Source of the DNA: a virus
Virus record (IMG/VR): IMGVR_UViG_3300009788_000088
Strand: one strand, 5' to 3'
DNA: 64,000 nucleotides
The notes beneath the pieces were generated by a model. The model saw only the letters and a list, made by a program, of their open reading frames with translations, did no database searches and had not been told where the DNA came from. Positions 29,367-37,914 of the stretch are shown piece after piece (the first letter of the stretch is position 1; each line of letters opens with the position of its first letter). The translations under genes were made by a program, and so were the position numbers.

Positions 29367-29659
29367 ATCAGATCACCTCTTTCATCTATCACACCATCCA
29401 CAACCAGTTTATCGAAAGCTTTGTCACAGGCTCTACACTCACCACTGTATCCACCACCAATACGATAATCAAGAAGTTCTGTGTCTGGGTTTGGAACCCG
29501 CTTGCCACACAGGGTCTTTTTTGGAGTTTTTGACCAGTCTCCCCACGTTTCCCCCGTGGCGTCAAAAGCGTGTCCTATTGTCCAACGGCCATGAACCGTC
29601 TTCCTACGTTTCCGGTAGGGAGCCGATATCCAAGAAACACCTTTAATCAGAGTCTTCAT
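29363..29659 (-). CDS. early hypothetical protein, putative Zn-binding (H...TLCGK...CRAC)
   Basis: His/Cys pattern; operon packing. Confidence 0.65.
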   Translation of the reverse strand: MKTLIKGVSWISAPYRKRRKTVHGRWTIGHAFDATGETWGDWSKTPKKTLCGKRVPNPDTELLDYRIGGGYSGECRACDKAFDKLVVDGVIDERGDLI

Positions 29660-29874
29660 CCGTGATACCTCTTTGAGTACGTTGTAACCTCAACAAAAAC
29701 TATTCTACCCAAGTTATCCCGAAGGATGGCCATATTCTCTCTTAACCACTTATCCAGTTCACAATCCCACCTCTTACAGAAGTTGGTGATGGTTCGTTTG
29801 ACACCGCCCGGAGAGACTATTTTTCTTTCCAGAACATTATCGTTACCATCTATGAACAAGATCAGCTTCATCAC
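29656..29874 (-). CDS. early hypothetical protein
   Basis: Operon packing. Confidence 0.6.
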   Translation of the reverse strand: MMKLILFIDGNDNVLERKIVSPGGVKRTITNFCKRWDCELDKWLRENMAILRDNLGRIVFVEVTTYSKRYHG

Positions 29875-29989
29875 AACCTCACCAACACTATGAGCGATAC
29901 AGGTTCCGTGGAAAACAGTAACCTCAGAGCAGTCCGAGGACCAAACGTTCTGAGAACCAAAATCACGTGTCGTCTTGTTATCACGCCTA

Positions 29990-30220
29990 TCATGTCAGTT
30001 CCTCTATTGTTACGTCTGTCAACCAAGTAACAAAGCTGATGACAATTTTGCCTTTATTGAAAGACCCCAAGTTATCTTCGCTCAAGGTGTACCATCGAAC
30101 AGTGCCAGTGCCGGGGTGTTTGTAAAGATACCATTTTCGGCGGCCCCTGACTGTTTCGGTCATTACATACTCACGGGGCTCTCCGAAGGGGTGGTAGTTA
30201 CCTTTTACCAAGACTTTCAT
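29990..30220 (-). CDS. early hypothetical protein
   Basis: ATGA overlap with the upstream small ORF. Confidence 0.6.
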   Translation of the reverse strand: MKVLVKGNYHPFGEPREYVMTETVRGRRKWYLYKHPGTGTVRWYTLSEDNLGSFNKGKIVISFVTWLTDVTIEELT

Positions 30221-30372
30221 TTCTCAAGTTCCTTCAAGCATTTGAAGCATACATCGTACTCACTGTAGACGGCCAACTTCCTGTCTTCCCATTTGTAAGC
30301 TCTTTTGAATTTCTTTCTTCCACAGAGAGCCGCTGTTTTGTCTTTCTTAACTATGTGAAGAACAGTTCCCAT
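30217..30372 (-). CDS. small early Zn-binding protein (H...LCG...CFKC)
   Basis: Not in track (51 aa): MGTVLHIVKKDKTAALCGRKKFKRAYKWEDRKLAVYSEYDVCFKCLKELEK; follows an early promoter and GGAGG. Confidence 0.7.
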   Translation of the reverse strand: MGTVLHIVKKDKTAALCGRKKFKRAYKWEDRKLAVYSEYDVCFKCLKELEK

Positions 30373-30391
30373 GAATACTACCTCCACCTAT

Positions 30392-30420
30392 AATATAACC
30401 TTTTTAGATGAAGATGTCAA
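30392..30420 (-). promoter_or_regulatory. early sigma70-type promoter
   Basis: TTGACA-N17-TATATT-ATAGGTGGAGG. Confidence 0.85.
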
Positions 30421-30425
30421 CTATA

Positions 30426-30563
30426 TTAGTTAGATTTTTCGGGTGGCGGTACAGGCGGCAACGGGGGTGGTGCATAGACCGGAATCCGTGTGGATTCGTA
30501 GGCGGCTTCTTCTCTTTTGCGCTTTTCTTCTAATGCTATCAATAGTGCGATATTCAATTTCAT
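30426..30563 (-). CDS. small early Pro-rich protein
   Basis: Not in track (45 aa): MKLNIALLIALEEKRKREEAAYESTRIPVYAPPPLPPVPPPEKSN; own promoter and GGAGG RBS. Confidence 0.65.
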   Translation of the reverse strand: MKLNIALLIALEEKRKREEAAYESTRIPVYAPPPLPPVPPPEKSN

Positions 30564-30579
30564 GACTACCTCCATCTAT

Positions 30580-30608
30580 AATATAACTATTATTCGCAAC
30601 AATGTCAA
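30580..30608 (-). promoter_or_regulatory. early sigma70-type promoter
   Basis: TTGACA-N17-TATATT-ATAGATGGAGG. Confidence 0.85.
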
Positions 30609-30651
30609 GGAAAAACAACATAAAATTTTCTGACATTTTTGAATAGAAGGG

Positions 30652-30674
30652 AGCCGGAGATTTTGTCTCCGGCT
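30652..30674 (-). terminator. GC-rich hairpin, probable terminator for the - strand micro-ORF transcript
   Basis: AGCCGGAGA-TTTTG-TCTCCGGCT, perfect 9-bp stem; weak U-tract. Confidence 0.55.
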
Positions 30675-30675
30675 A

Positions 30676-30725
30676 GGGGGTGGGAAAGGGGAACTTGTGT
30701 GGGTGGGTCGGGTCGGGACTGGGGG
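30676..30725 (+). other. G-rich non-coding tract with eight G3+ runs (G-quadruplex potential)
   Basis: GGGGGTGGGAAAGGGGAACTTGTGTGGGTGGGTCGGGTCGGGACTGGGGG. Confidence 0.6.
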
Positions 30726-30736
30726 CAGAGGAAAGA

Positions 30737-30820
30737 TTACGCCACAGACGCTAGAAGTGCCGCCTTCACTTCAGCCCGTTTCGTGGCAAAGGAAAGGAAT
30801 GTTAAAACCAGTTTCAGCAT
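30737..30820 (-). CDS. 27-aa early micro-protein
   Basis: MLKLVLTFLSFATKRAEVKAALLASVA; AAGGAGATAGTC leader identical to that of the 29112 gene. Confidence 0.5.
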   Translation of the reverse strand: MLKLVLTFLSFATKRAEVKAALLASVA

Positions 30821-30831
30821 GACTATCTCCT

Positions 30832-30951
30832 TTAGACAGCCCAGCCTTTGGCCGGGGCAGGGGTAAAAAGTTTTTCGAAAGCGGTAAAAATAAATCCTGC
30901 TGGCTTCCAAAAGAAGAACTCTCCGAAACGGTCAACCCAACAATCTTTCAT
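30832..30951 (-). CDS. 39-aa early micro-protein
   Basis: MKDCWVDRFGEFFFWKPAGFIFTAFEKLFTPAPAKGWAV; AAGGAG RBS just after an early promoter. Confidence 0.5.
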   Translation of the reverse strand: MKDCWVDRFGEFFFWKPAGFIFTAFEKLFTPAPAKGWAV

Positions 30952-30985
30952 CTTTGTTTTTCTCCTTTCATCTCTCTTCATCTAT

Positions 30986-31014
30986 AATATAACCATTTTT
31001 GCCTTCTGTGTCAA
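30986..31014 (-). promoter_or_regulatory. early sigma70-type promoter
   Basis: TTGACA-N17-TATATT-ATAGATG. Confidence 0.85.
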
Positions 31015-31089
31015 GTAAAATACATATAAAACTTTCTTATAACAAAATTTAGTTCTTATGGTAATATGACTAAACATTGGAGGATTGGT

Positions 31090-31308
31090 ATGAGATGTTT
31101 AGAAAGAGTTAAAGAAGTGAAAAAATATCTACAAGGTCGTGAGATGAATACGCACGATTTAACCCTGTATTGGGGGCTCATGGCGGAGATTGAACATATG
31201 GCTGAACATATTCAGTTATTAAAGGAAATAGCTGAAGAGGGGGTAATGTTAGATTCAAACAAAGTAAACGACACTTATGCCCATATATTGGAAGGAGCAC
31301 ACTCATGA
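31090..31308 (+). CDS. hypothetical protein
   Basis: GGAGG RBS before ATG 31090; overlaps the rnh start. Confidence 0.6.
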   Translation: MRCLERVKEVKKYLQGREMNTHDLTLYWGLMAEIEHMAEHIQLLKEIAEEGVMLDSNKVNDTYAHILEGAHS

Positions 31309-32216
31309 TGAAAGCACCGCCGCCCAAAACGTTTGACATTGGGGTGTGGGATTTATCTCATTTGTTCCATCGTATTGTTCACGAGAACGTGCCAGACCTT
31401 GAGGATAATGGGTACACGAACTTCGCCCTGCTCCGACATCAGATGTTGATGAGCATTATAGCTGGCCGAAAAAATCACGGCGTGAAAAAGATAGTTCTTG
31501 CCTGTGACTCTATGTCCGGTTACTGGAGAGCAAAGGAATACCCGCATTACAAGGGGTATCGTGCTATCAAGAGGAAAGAGAGTCCTATCCCGTGGAAATT
31601 AGTCAATAACTTCTTCAAGGAGTTCAAGCAGGAGATTCGAAAAAACTTCCCGTGGAGGATAATTGAAATTCCACAAGCTGAGGCGGATGATGTTATCGCT
31701 ACTATCTGTATCCGCTGGGGTATTGAAAAGAATATCCTTATCGTGGGGTCTGATAAAGATTTCATTCAGCTTCATCGTTACGCCGGGGTGTACCAGTATG
31801 ATCCCATCAAACGGGAGTATCTATTGGACAACGATCCGGAAGTTGAGCTTCAGAAGAAGATTCTCCAAGGGGAATCCAAGGATGGGGATGGTATCGGGAA
31901 TGTGTTGATGTCTATGGATGATTGCCATAATTGGCTTTTTAAAGAAGTCCGCAAAAAGCCGTTCGGAGACAAGGCGTCTGACAAGGTGTTGGTTCAAGGC
32001 GTCCCGGAGTGGTTGAAGGAACAGGGAGAGGAAGTTCAGGAGAACTATGAGCGGAACAAAAAGCTGGTAGACCTCCGTTATGTTCCGGAAGAATTGATGA
32101 GAGAAGTTTTATTATCTTTCCGCACAGAAGTTGGTAACAAAGATAGTATGGCTCTGTTAGAATACTTGGGTAGGTCCAAACTTCGTGTGGTTGCTGAGAA
32201 CATAGCGTTCATTTAA
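31305..32216 (+). CDS. rnh: T4-type RNase H (5'-3' exonuclease, FEN family)
   Basis: IVLACDS..YWR...YP.YKG.R...AEADDVIA...ILIVGSDKDFIQL...G...DGI.N...NYERNKKLVDL. Confidence 0.93.
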   Translation: MMKAPPPKTFDIGVWDLSHLFHRIVHENVPDLEDNGYTNFALLRHQMLMSIIAGRKNHGVKKIVLACDSMSGYWRAKEYPHYKGYRAIKRKESPIPWKLVNNFFKEFKQEIRKNFPWRIIEIPQAEADDVIATICIRWGIEKNILIVGSDKDFIQLHRYAGVYQYDPIKREYLLDNDPEVELQKKILQGESKDGDGIGNVLMSMDDCHNWLFKEVRKKPFGDKASDKVLVQGVPEWLKEQGEEVQENYERNKKLVDLRYVPEELMREVLLSFRTEVGNKDSMALLEYLGRSKLRVVAENIAFI

Positions 32217-32231
32217 ACAATTAGGAGTGGG

Positions 32232-33650
32232 ATGGAAAATTTAATCGTTCATGCGGTGGTCGCTGATCCAGCGTTCGCTAGAAGGGTATTGCCTCACCTA
32301 CCGCATACAGCATTTGACAAAATTGAGAATCAGGAACTGTATCTCATCATCAAGGATTATTATATTCAGTATGAGAAACTTCCTACGTGGGAAGTCCTGA
32401 AACTTGAGGTAGAACAAAAATGGAAAGGTGACGATACCAAGAAGAATTTGTCCATTGCCGTGCTGGAACATATTCAAGATATTCATACCCAGACAATCCC
32501 TGATTACGATTTAGAATGGCTCGTTGACAAGACAGAGGCTTGGGCCAAAAATCAAATCCTATTCAATTCCATGATTCAAAGTGTTCGTATTATCAAAGGT
32601 GAAGAGAAAGGTGACCGTTCCGGTATTCCTTCTATAATTCAAAAGTCCTTGGGTTTTGAGTTCGATACAAGTATTGGGCATAACTATTTAGAGGACTGTG
32701 GGGAACGGTTTTATGATTACCAAAACAAAGAAGATCGTCTCCCATTCGGGATGAAGTATTTCGATCTTACTACTAACGGTGGTATCCCCTTAAAAACTAT
32801 GTGGCTCTGGGTAGCTGATACGGGTGTGGGCAAAACTCTTACAATGTGTCACTTTGCGGCTCATTGGTTTAACGCTGGATACAATGTTCTGTATGTGACA
32901 GCGGAAATGCCAGAGAGGTGGATTGCTCGGAGGATGGACGCTAACCTCATGCGGATGAATATTAACCATTTGGAAGGTGTTGAGAAAAGTAAATACTTTG
33001 GTAACATGAAAGCTTTGTACGAAGATGTTCATCAAAGGTACGGCAATTACATGTACATCAAGGAGTATCCAACATCCAGTGCTAGTGCTGGGGATGTTAG
33101 AATTTTGCTTTCTGAATTGGAGATGAAGAAAGGATTTAAGCCGGATGTGGTGATGGCTGATTATCTTGGCAACTTTAACCCTGATCGGACCTACTTACAA
33201 GGTGAGGGTGGATATAGCCGGGGCAAAGCTGTAGCGGAAGAATTCCGGGGATTGGGTGGAGAGTTCAATACCCGTATCATGACAGCCCATCAGCTTAATC
33301 GGGAAGGTGGCCGGATATCTGATCCCGGTAAGGAACACCTTGCGGATTCATATGCTATCGTTCAGACAGCGGATGCCGCTTGTTTCCTTATTTACCCCAA
33401 GAAAAATCCAGTGGAGAAGATGAACAGATATTACGTCAAGATGGAGAAGAATAGGTTCAACAGTAGATCAGAATACCCTGAATTCAAGATAGGCGTGGAC
33501 TATCCAGAGATGAGGTTGTATGATGTTGACGATGCCACCTCTGAGGATACTAACGCTATGAGGTTTAATAAAGCCCCAGATTTTGAGGGTCATGTGGACG
33601 GTGACCCCCTCAAAACTCTTTTCACTAATACCCCCGCCGACAAAAGTTAA
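32232..33650 (+). CDS. gp41: replicative DnaB-like helicase (T4 gp41)
   Basis: FDTSIGHNY...TNGG...ADTGVGKT (Walker A)...NVLYVTAEM...IKEYPT...DYL...AEEFRGL...QLNREG...KNRF. Confidence 0.95.
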   Translation: MENLIVHAVVADPAFARRVLPHLPHTAFDKIENQELYLIIKDYYIQYEKLPTWEVLKLEVEQKWKGDDTKKNLSIAVLEHIQDIHTQTIPDYDLEWLVDKTEAWAKNQILFNSMIQSVRIIKGEEKGDRSGIPSIIQKSLGFEFDTSIGHNYLEDCGERFYDYQNKEDRLPFGMKYFDLTTNGGIPLKTMWLWVADTGVGKTLTMCHFAAHWFNAGYNVLYVTAEMPERWIARRMDANLMRMNINHLEGVEKSKYFGNMKALYEDVHQRYGNYMYIKEYPTSSASAGDVRILLSELEMKKGFKPDVVMADYLGNFNPDRTYLQGEGGYSRGKAVAEEFRGLGGEFNTRIMTAHQLNREGGRISDPGKEHLADSYAIVQTADAACFLIYPKKNPVEKMNRYYVKMEKNRFNSRSEYPEFKIGVDYPEMRLYDVDDATSEDTNAMRFNKAPDFEGHVDGDPLKTLFTNTPADKS

Positions 33651-33694
33651 CATGTATTAATTACTCCACTCCGATTGATACATGTTAATTTCAT

Positions 33695-33723
33695 AAGGCC
33701 CCCAATTCGGGGGCCTTTTCTTT
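33695..33723 (+). terminator. intrinsic terminator after gp41
   Basis: AAGGCCCCC-AATTC-GGGGGCCTT-TTCTTT. Confidence 0.85.
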
Positions 33724-33737
33724 ATAAATACTTAAAA
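33723..33737 (+). promoter_or_regulatory. late promoter
   Basis: TATAAATACTTAAAA. Confidence 0.85.
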
Positions 33738-33752
33738 TCAAGGAGGAAATGA

Positions 33753-34769
33753 ATGAGCGAAATCTTAAAGGATTTCAACGGATTCTTCTCCGGTGTTGTT
33801 GAGGATAATAATGATCCCCTCAAAATGGGCCGTTGTCGTATTCGTGTGTTGGGAATCCATACCTCATTAAAACAACATGGAGATACAGAAGGTATACCAA
33901 CAAATCATCTCCCGTGGGCTGAGCAAGCTTCTCCAATTCCTCTAAATTCTGGTTGGGGACTTTCATCAATCCCCGAACAAGGAACGTGGGTATGGGTCTT
34001 TTTTGATGGAGCAGACCCGTGGAAGCCCGTGTATTTCGCTGGACGGCCGGGTATTAATAATGCCCCAATCAACACGGCTGAAGGCTTTACAGACCCAGAC
34101 GGCGAATTTCCAACACCGGAGTACAATGGGGAAAGTGATGTCAACAAGTTAGCCCGTGGTGAAGTAGTTGGCCGAATGGTGGTTCATACCGAACCTGAGA
34201 CTGAGGCCGCCCCAGAATATCCGAACAATCATGTTTTACAAATTGGCAATCACATTGTAGAGATTGATAACACCAATGGCAAGGAACGGATTCGTATTAA
34301 ACATATGTCGGGGACGGAGACAGAGATATTCCCAGATGGTCGTAAAGTAGACCTTATTATTGGAAATAACTATCGTATCGTGAAAGATGGAGAAATCGTT
34401 TACGTTCAAGCTGACAAGGACGTTACAATTCAAGGGAGTCACAAAGAGGACATTGCTGGGGATGAAACAAGAAGCATCCAAGGGAATCGCAAGGAGAACA
34501 TTGGGGGCACTCTTGTAATTGAGGTGTCTGGCAACGCTACCATTAAAGCTCCTACGGTGACGTTAGATGGAGATGCTGTTGTGACTGGCAAGTTGGATGT
34601 AGCTAAGAACGCTACCGTTGGTGGCACTATGGCAATAACCAAATCTATGACAGCGGATGGTGGGAAAACGAAAGCAAGTGGTGGTAATCTGGAAGTCTCT
34701 GGCACGTTGAAAGCCGCACGTGGGGATCATGGACACCCACATAGTGATATCGACGGCCATTCGCACTAA
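33753..34769 (+). CDS. gp5: baseplate central spike (gp5-like), no lysozyme domain, His-rich tip
   Basis: OB-fold GVVEDNNDPLKMGRCRIRVLG...LPWA...PEQGTWVWVFF; PEYPNNHV...EIDNTNGKERI..KH.SGT; VxG beta-helix repeats; ends HGHPHSDIDGHSH. Confidence 0.92.
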   Translation: MSEILKDFNGFFSGVVEDNNDPLKMGRCRIRVLGIHTSLKQHGDTEGIPTNHLPWAEQASPIPLNSGWGLSSIPEQGTWVWVFFDGADPWKPVYFAGRPGINNAPINTAEGFTDPDGEFPTPEYNGESDVNKLARGEVVGRMVVHTEPETEAAPEYPNNHVLQIGNHIVEIDNTNGKERIRIKHMSGTETEIFPDGRKVDLIIGNNYRIVKDGEIVYVQADKDVTIQGSHKEDIAGDETRSIQGNRKENIGGTLVIEVSGNATIKAPTVTLDGDAVVTGKLDVAKNATVGGTMAITKSMTADGGKTKASGGNLEVSGTLKAARGDHGHPHSDIDGHSH

Positions 34770-34777
34770 ATACTTAT
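34765..34777 (+). promoter_or_regulatory. late promoter variant (ACTAAATACTTA)
   Basis: Degenerate late motif overlapping the gp5 stop, upstream of gp25. Confidence 0.5.
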
Positions 34778-34788
34778 AGGTAATAAAT

Positions 34789-35181
34789 ATGGCCGAAATA
34801 CGAACTTATCATTTTTCAGATATCAGCAAGCGATTCACTCCAAACGCTTATCGAGACATCTCTATTAAAAAAGATGAAGATGCCGTTAAAGAATCTGTGC
34901 TGAATATCTTACTCACAAACAAATTCGAACGTCCAGACCGACCCGAATTTGGTTGTGGGATTCGTGGTCTTCTATTCAAAGAACTTTCCCGGAAGACAGT
35001 GTTTGCGTTGGATAGAATTATTCATGAACAGTTGACAAGATGGGAGCCCCGGATTGATATCCGATTTCTGAGCATTGATCCGGATTACACGAACCAAGGA
35101 TATAGAGTTCGATTAGTAGTTAATATCATCGGAACTACCCGGACAGTTGAACTAAACTTTTTCCTTGAAAAGATACGATAA
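34789..35181 (+). CDS. gp25: baseplate wedge subunit gp25
   Basis: FSDI...D.DAVKESVLNILLTNKFERPDRPEFGCGIRGLLF...WEPRI. Confidence 0.93.
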   Translation: MAEIRTYHFSDISKRFTPNAYRDISIKKDEDAVKESVLNILLTNKFERPDRPEFGCGIRGLLFKELSRKTVFALDRIIHEQLTRWEPRIDIRFLSIDPDYTNQGYRVRLVVNIIGTTRTVELNFFLEKIR

Positions 35182-35192
35182 GAGGGACACAT

Positions 35193-36923
35193 ATGAACAT
35201 CCAACCCCAAACCATCGATTTTGAAGAAATTCGACAAGAGATAATCTCTTATCTTATTACGAAAGAGGGTTTCACAGATATCGATTTTGAGGGGAGTAAT
35301 ATCAGCATTCTTGTTGATATCCTTGCTTCGGTGACTGCCAAGCTTCATTATAATTTAAACATGTCTGTGAATGAGCTTTTCTTGGATTCGTCCCAAATAC
35401 GTAAGAACGTTGTGGCTATTGCAAAGTCTTTATCCTACTACCCGAAGCGTCCAGTATCTTCCAAAGCTACTATAGAATTGGAACTTAAAGCGGAAGAAAT
35501 TCCAGAGGGTGTTGGAGAAGGATATGAGGTGACACTACCAAAGGACACCATTTTCAGAGCGGGTGGGTACGAATTTAGAACTATAACAGAGGTGAAACTG
35601 CTATGGACTGGCGGTTTAGTGAAAAGACAGATACCTTTGTATCAACTCCGAAAAGACACTACTTTAGAGATTCATACACTGTTTGACCAGACCCAGCATT
35701 TGGATATTAAGATTTATAGTCTTGATATTGAAAATGATCTTGGTTTAATTGTTGCTATTGATGGAACAGTGTGGACCCCAGATATCGATGAGAATATTAC
35801 AGAGATTCAGGGTGACGATGAAATCTATTTCATCAATGAATTTGAAAGGGGATTGCAAATCAGGTTTGGGGACAGCATTCTTGGTCTTCGACCAGATGAC
35901 GGACAAACGTTGGACATCGATTTGTACCTGACGGATGGGGCCGTGGCTAACAACCTGTCAGACTTCGTGATGGAAGGTCCGGAGGTGGGGGATATTATTG
36001 ACAACGATCTTCCTCAGAATACCTTTACATCATCTCAATTCGCCGTGACGTTGGTAGATAAATCACAAGGTGGAGCGAACATTGAGTCTATTGATTCGAT
36101 TAAAGTTAACGCTCCACGTTTTTATGTGTCCCAGAATCGGGCCGTGACCTTGTACGATTATCTTGTATTACTGGAGCGTGGAAGCTTTCAATTTTCCCCA
36201 AATAGTATCACGGTCTGGGGTGGTGACCAGAACTTCCCCCGTAACTTGGGAAAGGTTTATATGTCTTTCACTAAACAGTCCGGAATTGAACAGCTTCTAA
36301 GTGATGATGAAAAACAAGAGATTATTACTTACATTAAACAGTTCTCTATTGTCACCCTTCAACATGAAGTGGTTGATCCAGAGTTCATCTATATCACCGT
36401 AACCAGTGTGGTCAAGGCGTATAATGACGCCAACACTCAACAAGTGAAGTCAGATGCTACGGTTGCTGTGGTGGATTATTTGAAGAGCGTTTCCAGTTTT
36501 AATAGTTCCTTTAAACAATCTGCTATCACAACTGACATTGATCAGATTAATGGCGTGTCTTCGAATTCATATGAATACAATATGTATTTCAGGCTCAGGG
36601 GTGAGGGAAGCCGTCTATACCAGAAACGTTTGGTTAAGAACGTTCTTCCAGAGAGCATGTCGGGTAGTTTTGTAATAGGTCCACAAAACTATTTACTTGA
36701 AGATGATGGCAACGGGAAAATGCTCCTGAACGATGATGTTATTGGAACCATTAATTATGTTGAAGGTTTCATGACCATCGAACTTCCAATAGCATTGGAT
36801 ACTGACAATAATATTGATATTTATTTTGAGGTCAGCACTGTTGACTTTGATATTGAACGAAACCTTGTATTGGTTGGATTAACCCCATCCGTCAACGTTA
36901 TCAAACTTGAAGTGACTGAATAA
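35193..36923 (+). CDS. gp6: baseplate wedge subunit gp6
   Basis: IDFEEIR...FTDIDFEGSNISILVDILA...NELFLDSS..R..V..IAK.L.Y.P...FGD..LG.RP...GGANIESIDSIK.NAP..Y.SQNRAVT..DY. Confidence 0.95.
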   Translation: MNIQPQTIDFEEIRQEIISYLITKEGFTDIDFEGSNISILVDILASVTAKLHYNLNMSVNELFLDSSQIRKNVVAIAKSLSYYPKRPVSSKATIELELKAEEIPEGVGEGYEVTLPKDTIFRAGGYEFRTITEVKLLWTGGLVKRQIPLYQLRKDTTLEIHTLFDQTQHLDIKIYSLDIENDLGLIVAIDGTVWTPDIDENITEIQGDDEIYFINEFERGLQIRFGDSILGLRPDDGQTLDIDLYLTDGAVANNLSDFVMEGPEVGDIIDNDLPQNTFTSSQFAVTLVDKSQGGANIESIDSIKVNAPRFYVSQNRAVTLYDYLVLLERGSFQFSPNSITVWGGDQNFPRNLGKVYMSFTKQSGIEQLLSDDEKQEIITYIKQFSIVTLQHEVVDPEFIYITVTSVVKAYNDANTQQVKSDATVAVVDYLKSVSSFNSSFKQSAITTDIDQINGVSSNSYEYNMYFRLRGEGSRLYQKRLVKNVLPESMSGSFVIGPQNYLLEDDGNGKMLLNDDVIGTINYVEGFMTIELPIALDTDNNIDIYFEVSTVDFDIERNLVLVGLTPSVNVIKLEVTE

Positions 36924-37879
36924 TGAGCCTCTATCCAGAAGAGTTCGGCAAGAAGTTTATACAGGTCTATAAGGATAGACTGATACCGGATTTCATTCGT
37001 CAATATTATCCAGAGTTCTCTAATGTGGTGGAAGCGTGGTTGGAGAGTTATGATAAAAGTGAACAAGCTGAAGAAGATATTCAGGATAGGTACGGGGCAT
37101 ATAGCCTTCTAATCCGCATTCACGAACTCATTGATATTGACAAGACGGATGAAGAGTTTCTTACCTTGTTTATCACCCAATATTTATTTTCCACTCAACC
37201 CGTTATTTTGGAGCTTATGGATGTTCGGATGCTTATCCGAAACTCCAAACGCTTGTGGGCTGAGAAAGGAAAGCTGAGCGCATTCCGGTTCCTTTTTTAT
37301 CTTGTGGATTCATCTATTGTTATAACAGAACCTCAACCACTCATTTGGAAAGCCTCTGAAAAAGGTCACCTCTTATCAGGAGCGGCTATAGGAGACGATC
37401 CGGATTATGAATCAAAGCGGTTACACGATAACATATTTTATACTCATTATGTTTATGGGGTGAATACATCCGTTTCCCCAGACACTACAAGAGAACTTCT
37501 TTACAAGTATCTTCACCCGGTAGGGTTTAGCCTGTATCTGGATTATTATGATTTTGCCAATGATGGGTTTCCGTTAGAGTGGACATGGACAGCGTATGAT
37601 TCAGAATTGGGTATTCCGATTGATCTTGCACTTCTTTTAAATCCATCTACTGTGCTTTCACAATTAGTATCAGAAACTGTATTTCATATTGTATACACCC
37701 TTGGAACCAGCTTTTTATCTTATGATCCAACCTATGATGAAATATGGGATAAGACAGTGGATACAGAATTTTATGCTATTGAGGACTTCGGTCACGTTCC
37801 AATTCAGGATTTCGCTGATAAGGCCGATGAATTGTTTAGATGGAAACCGAAAGCTGAAGTGGTTATTGTTCCTCCCTAA
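36923..37879 (+). CDS. gp7: baseplate wedge subunit, gp7-like
   Basis: IPDFIRQYYPEF...DID...LIRNSKRLWAEKG...AFRFLF...LHD...Y.Y...LHPVGF; follows gp6. Confidence 0.75.
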   Translation: MSLYPEEFGKKFIQVYKDRLIPDFIRQYYPEFSNVVEAWLESYDKSEQAEEDIQDRYGAYSLLIRIHELIDIDKTDEEFLTLFITQYLFSTQPVILELMDVRMLIRNSKRLWAEKGKLSAFRFLFYLVDSSIVITEPQPLIWKASEKGHLLSGAAIGDDPDYESKRLHDNIFYTHYVYGVNTSVSPDTTRELLYKYLHPVGFSLYLDYYDFANDGFPLEWTWTAYDSELGIPIDLALLLNPSTVLSQLVSETVFHIVYTLGTSFLSYDPTYDEIWDKTVDTEFYAIEDFGHVPIQDFADKADELFRWKPKAEVVIVPP

Positions 37880-37882
37880 TAA

Positions 37883-37897
37883 TATAAATACTTAAAA
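37883..37897 (+). promoter_or_regulatory. late promoter
   Basis: TATAAATACTTAAAA. Confidence 0.85.
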
Positions 37898-37914
37898 ATA
37901 CATAGGAGTATAAT

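Noticed and set aside
30430-30866. Track ORFs 30430..30636 (-) and 30639..30866 (+)
   Set aside because: They cross promoters, a hairpin and the G-tract without an RBS; shorter ORFs with clear RBSs in other frames explain the region better.
28681-31014. Repeated ~30-bp motif as a CRISPR or mini-array
   Set aside because: Spacing is irregular (about 190-1700 bp) and each copy is a -35/-10 promoter with an RBS in front of an ORF.
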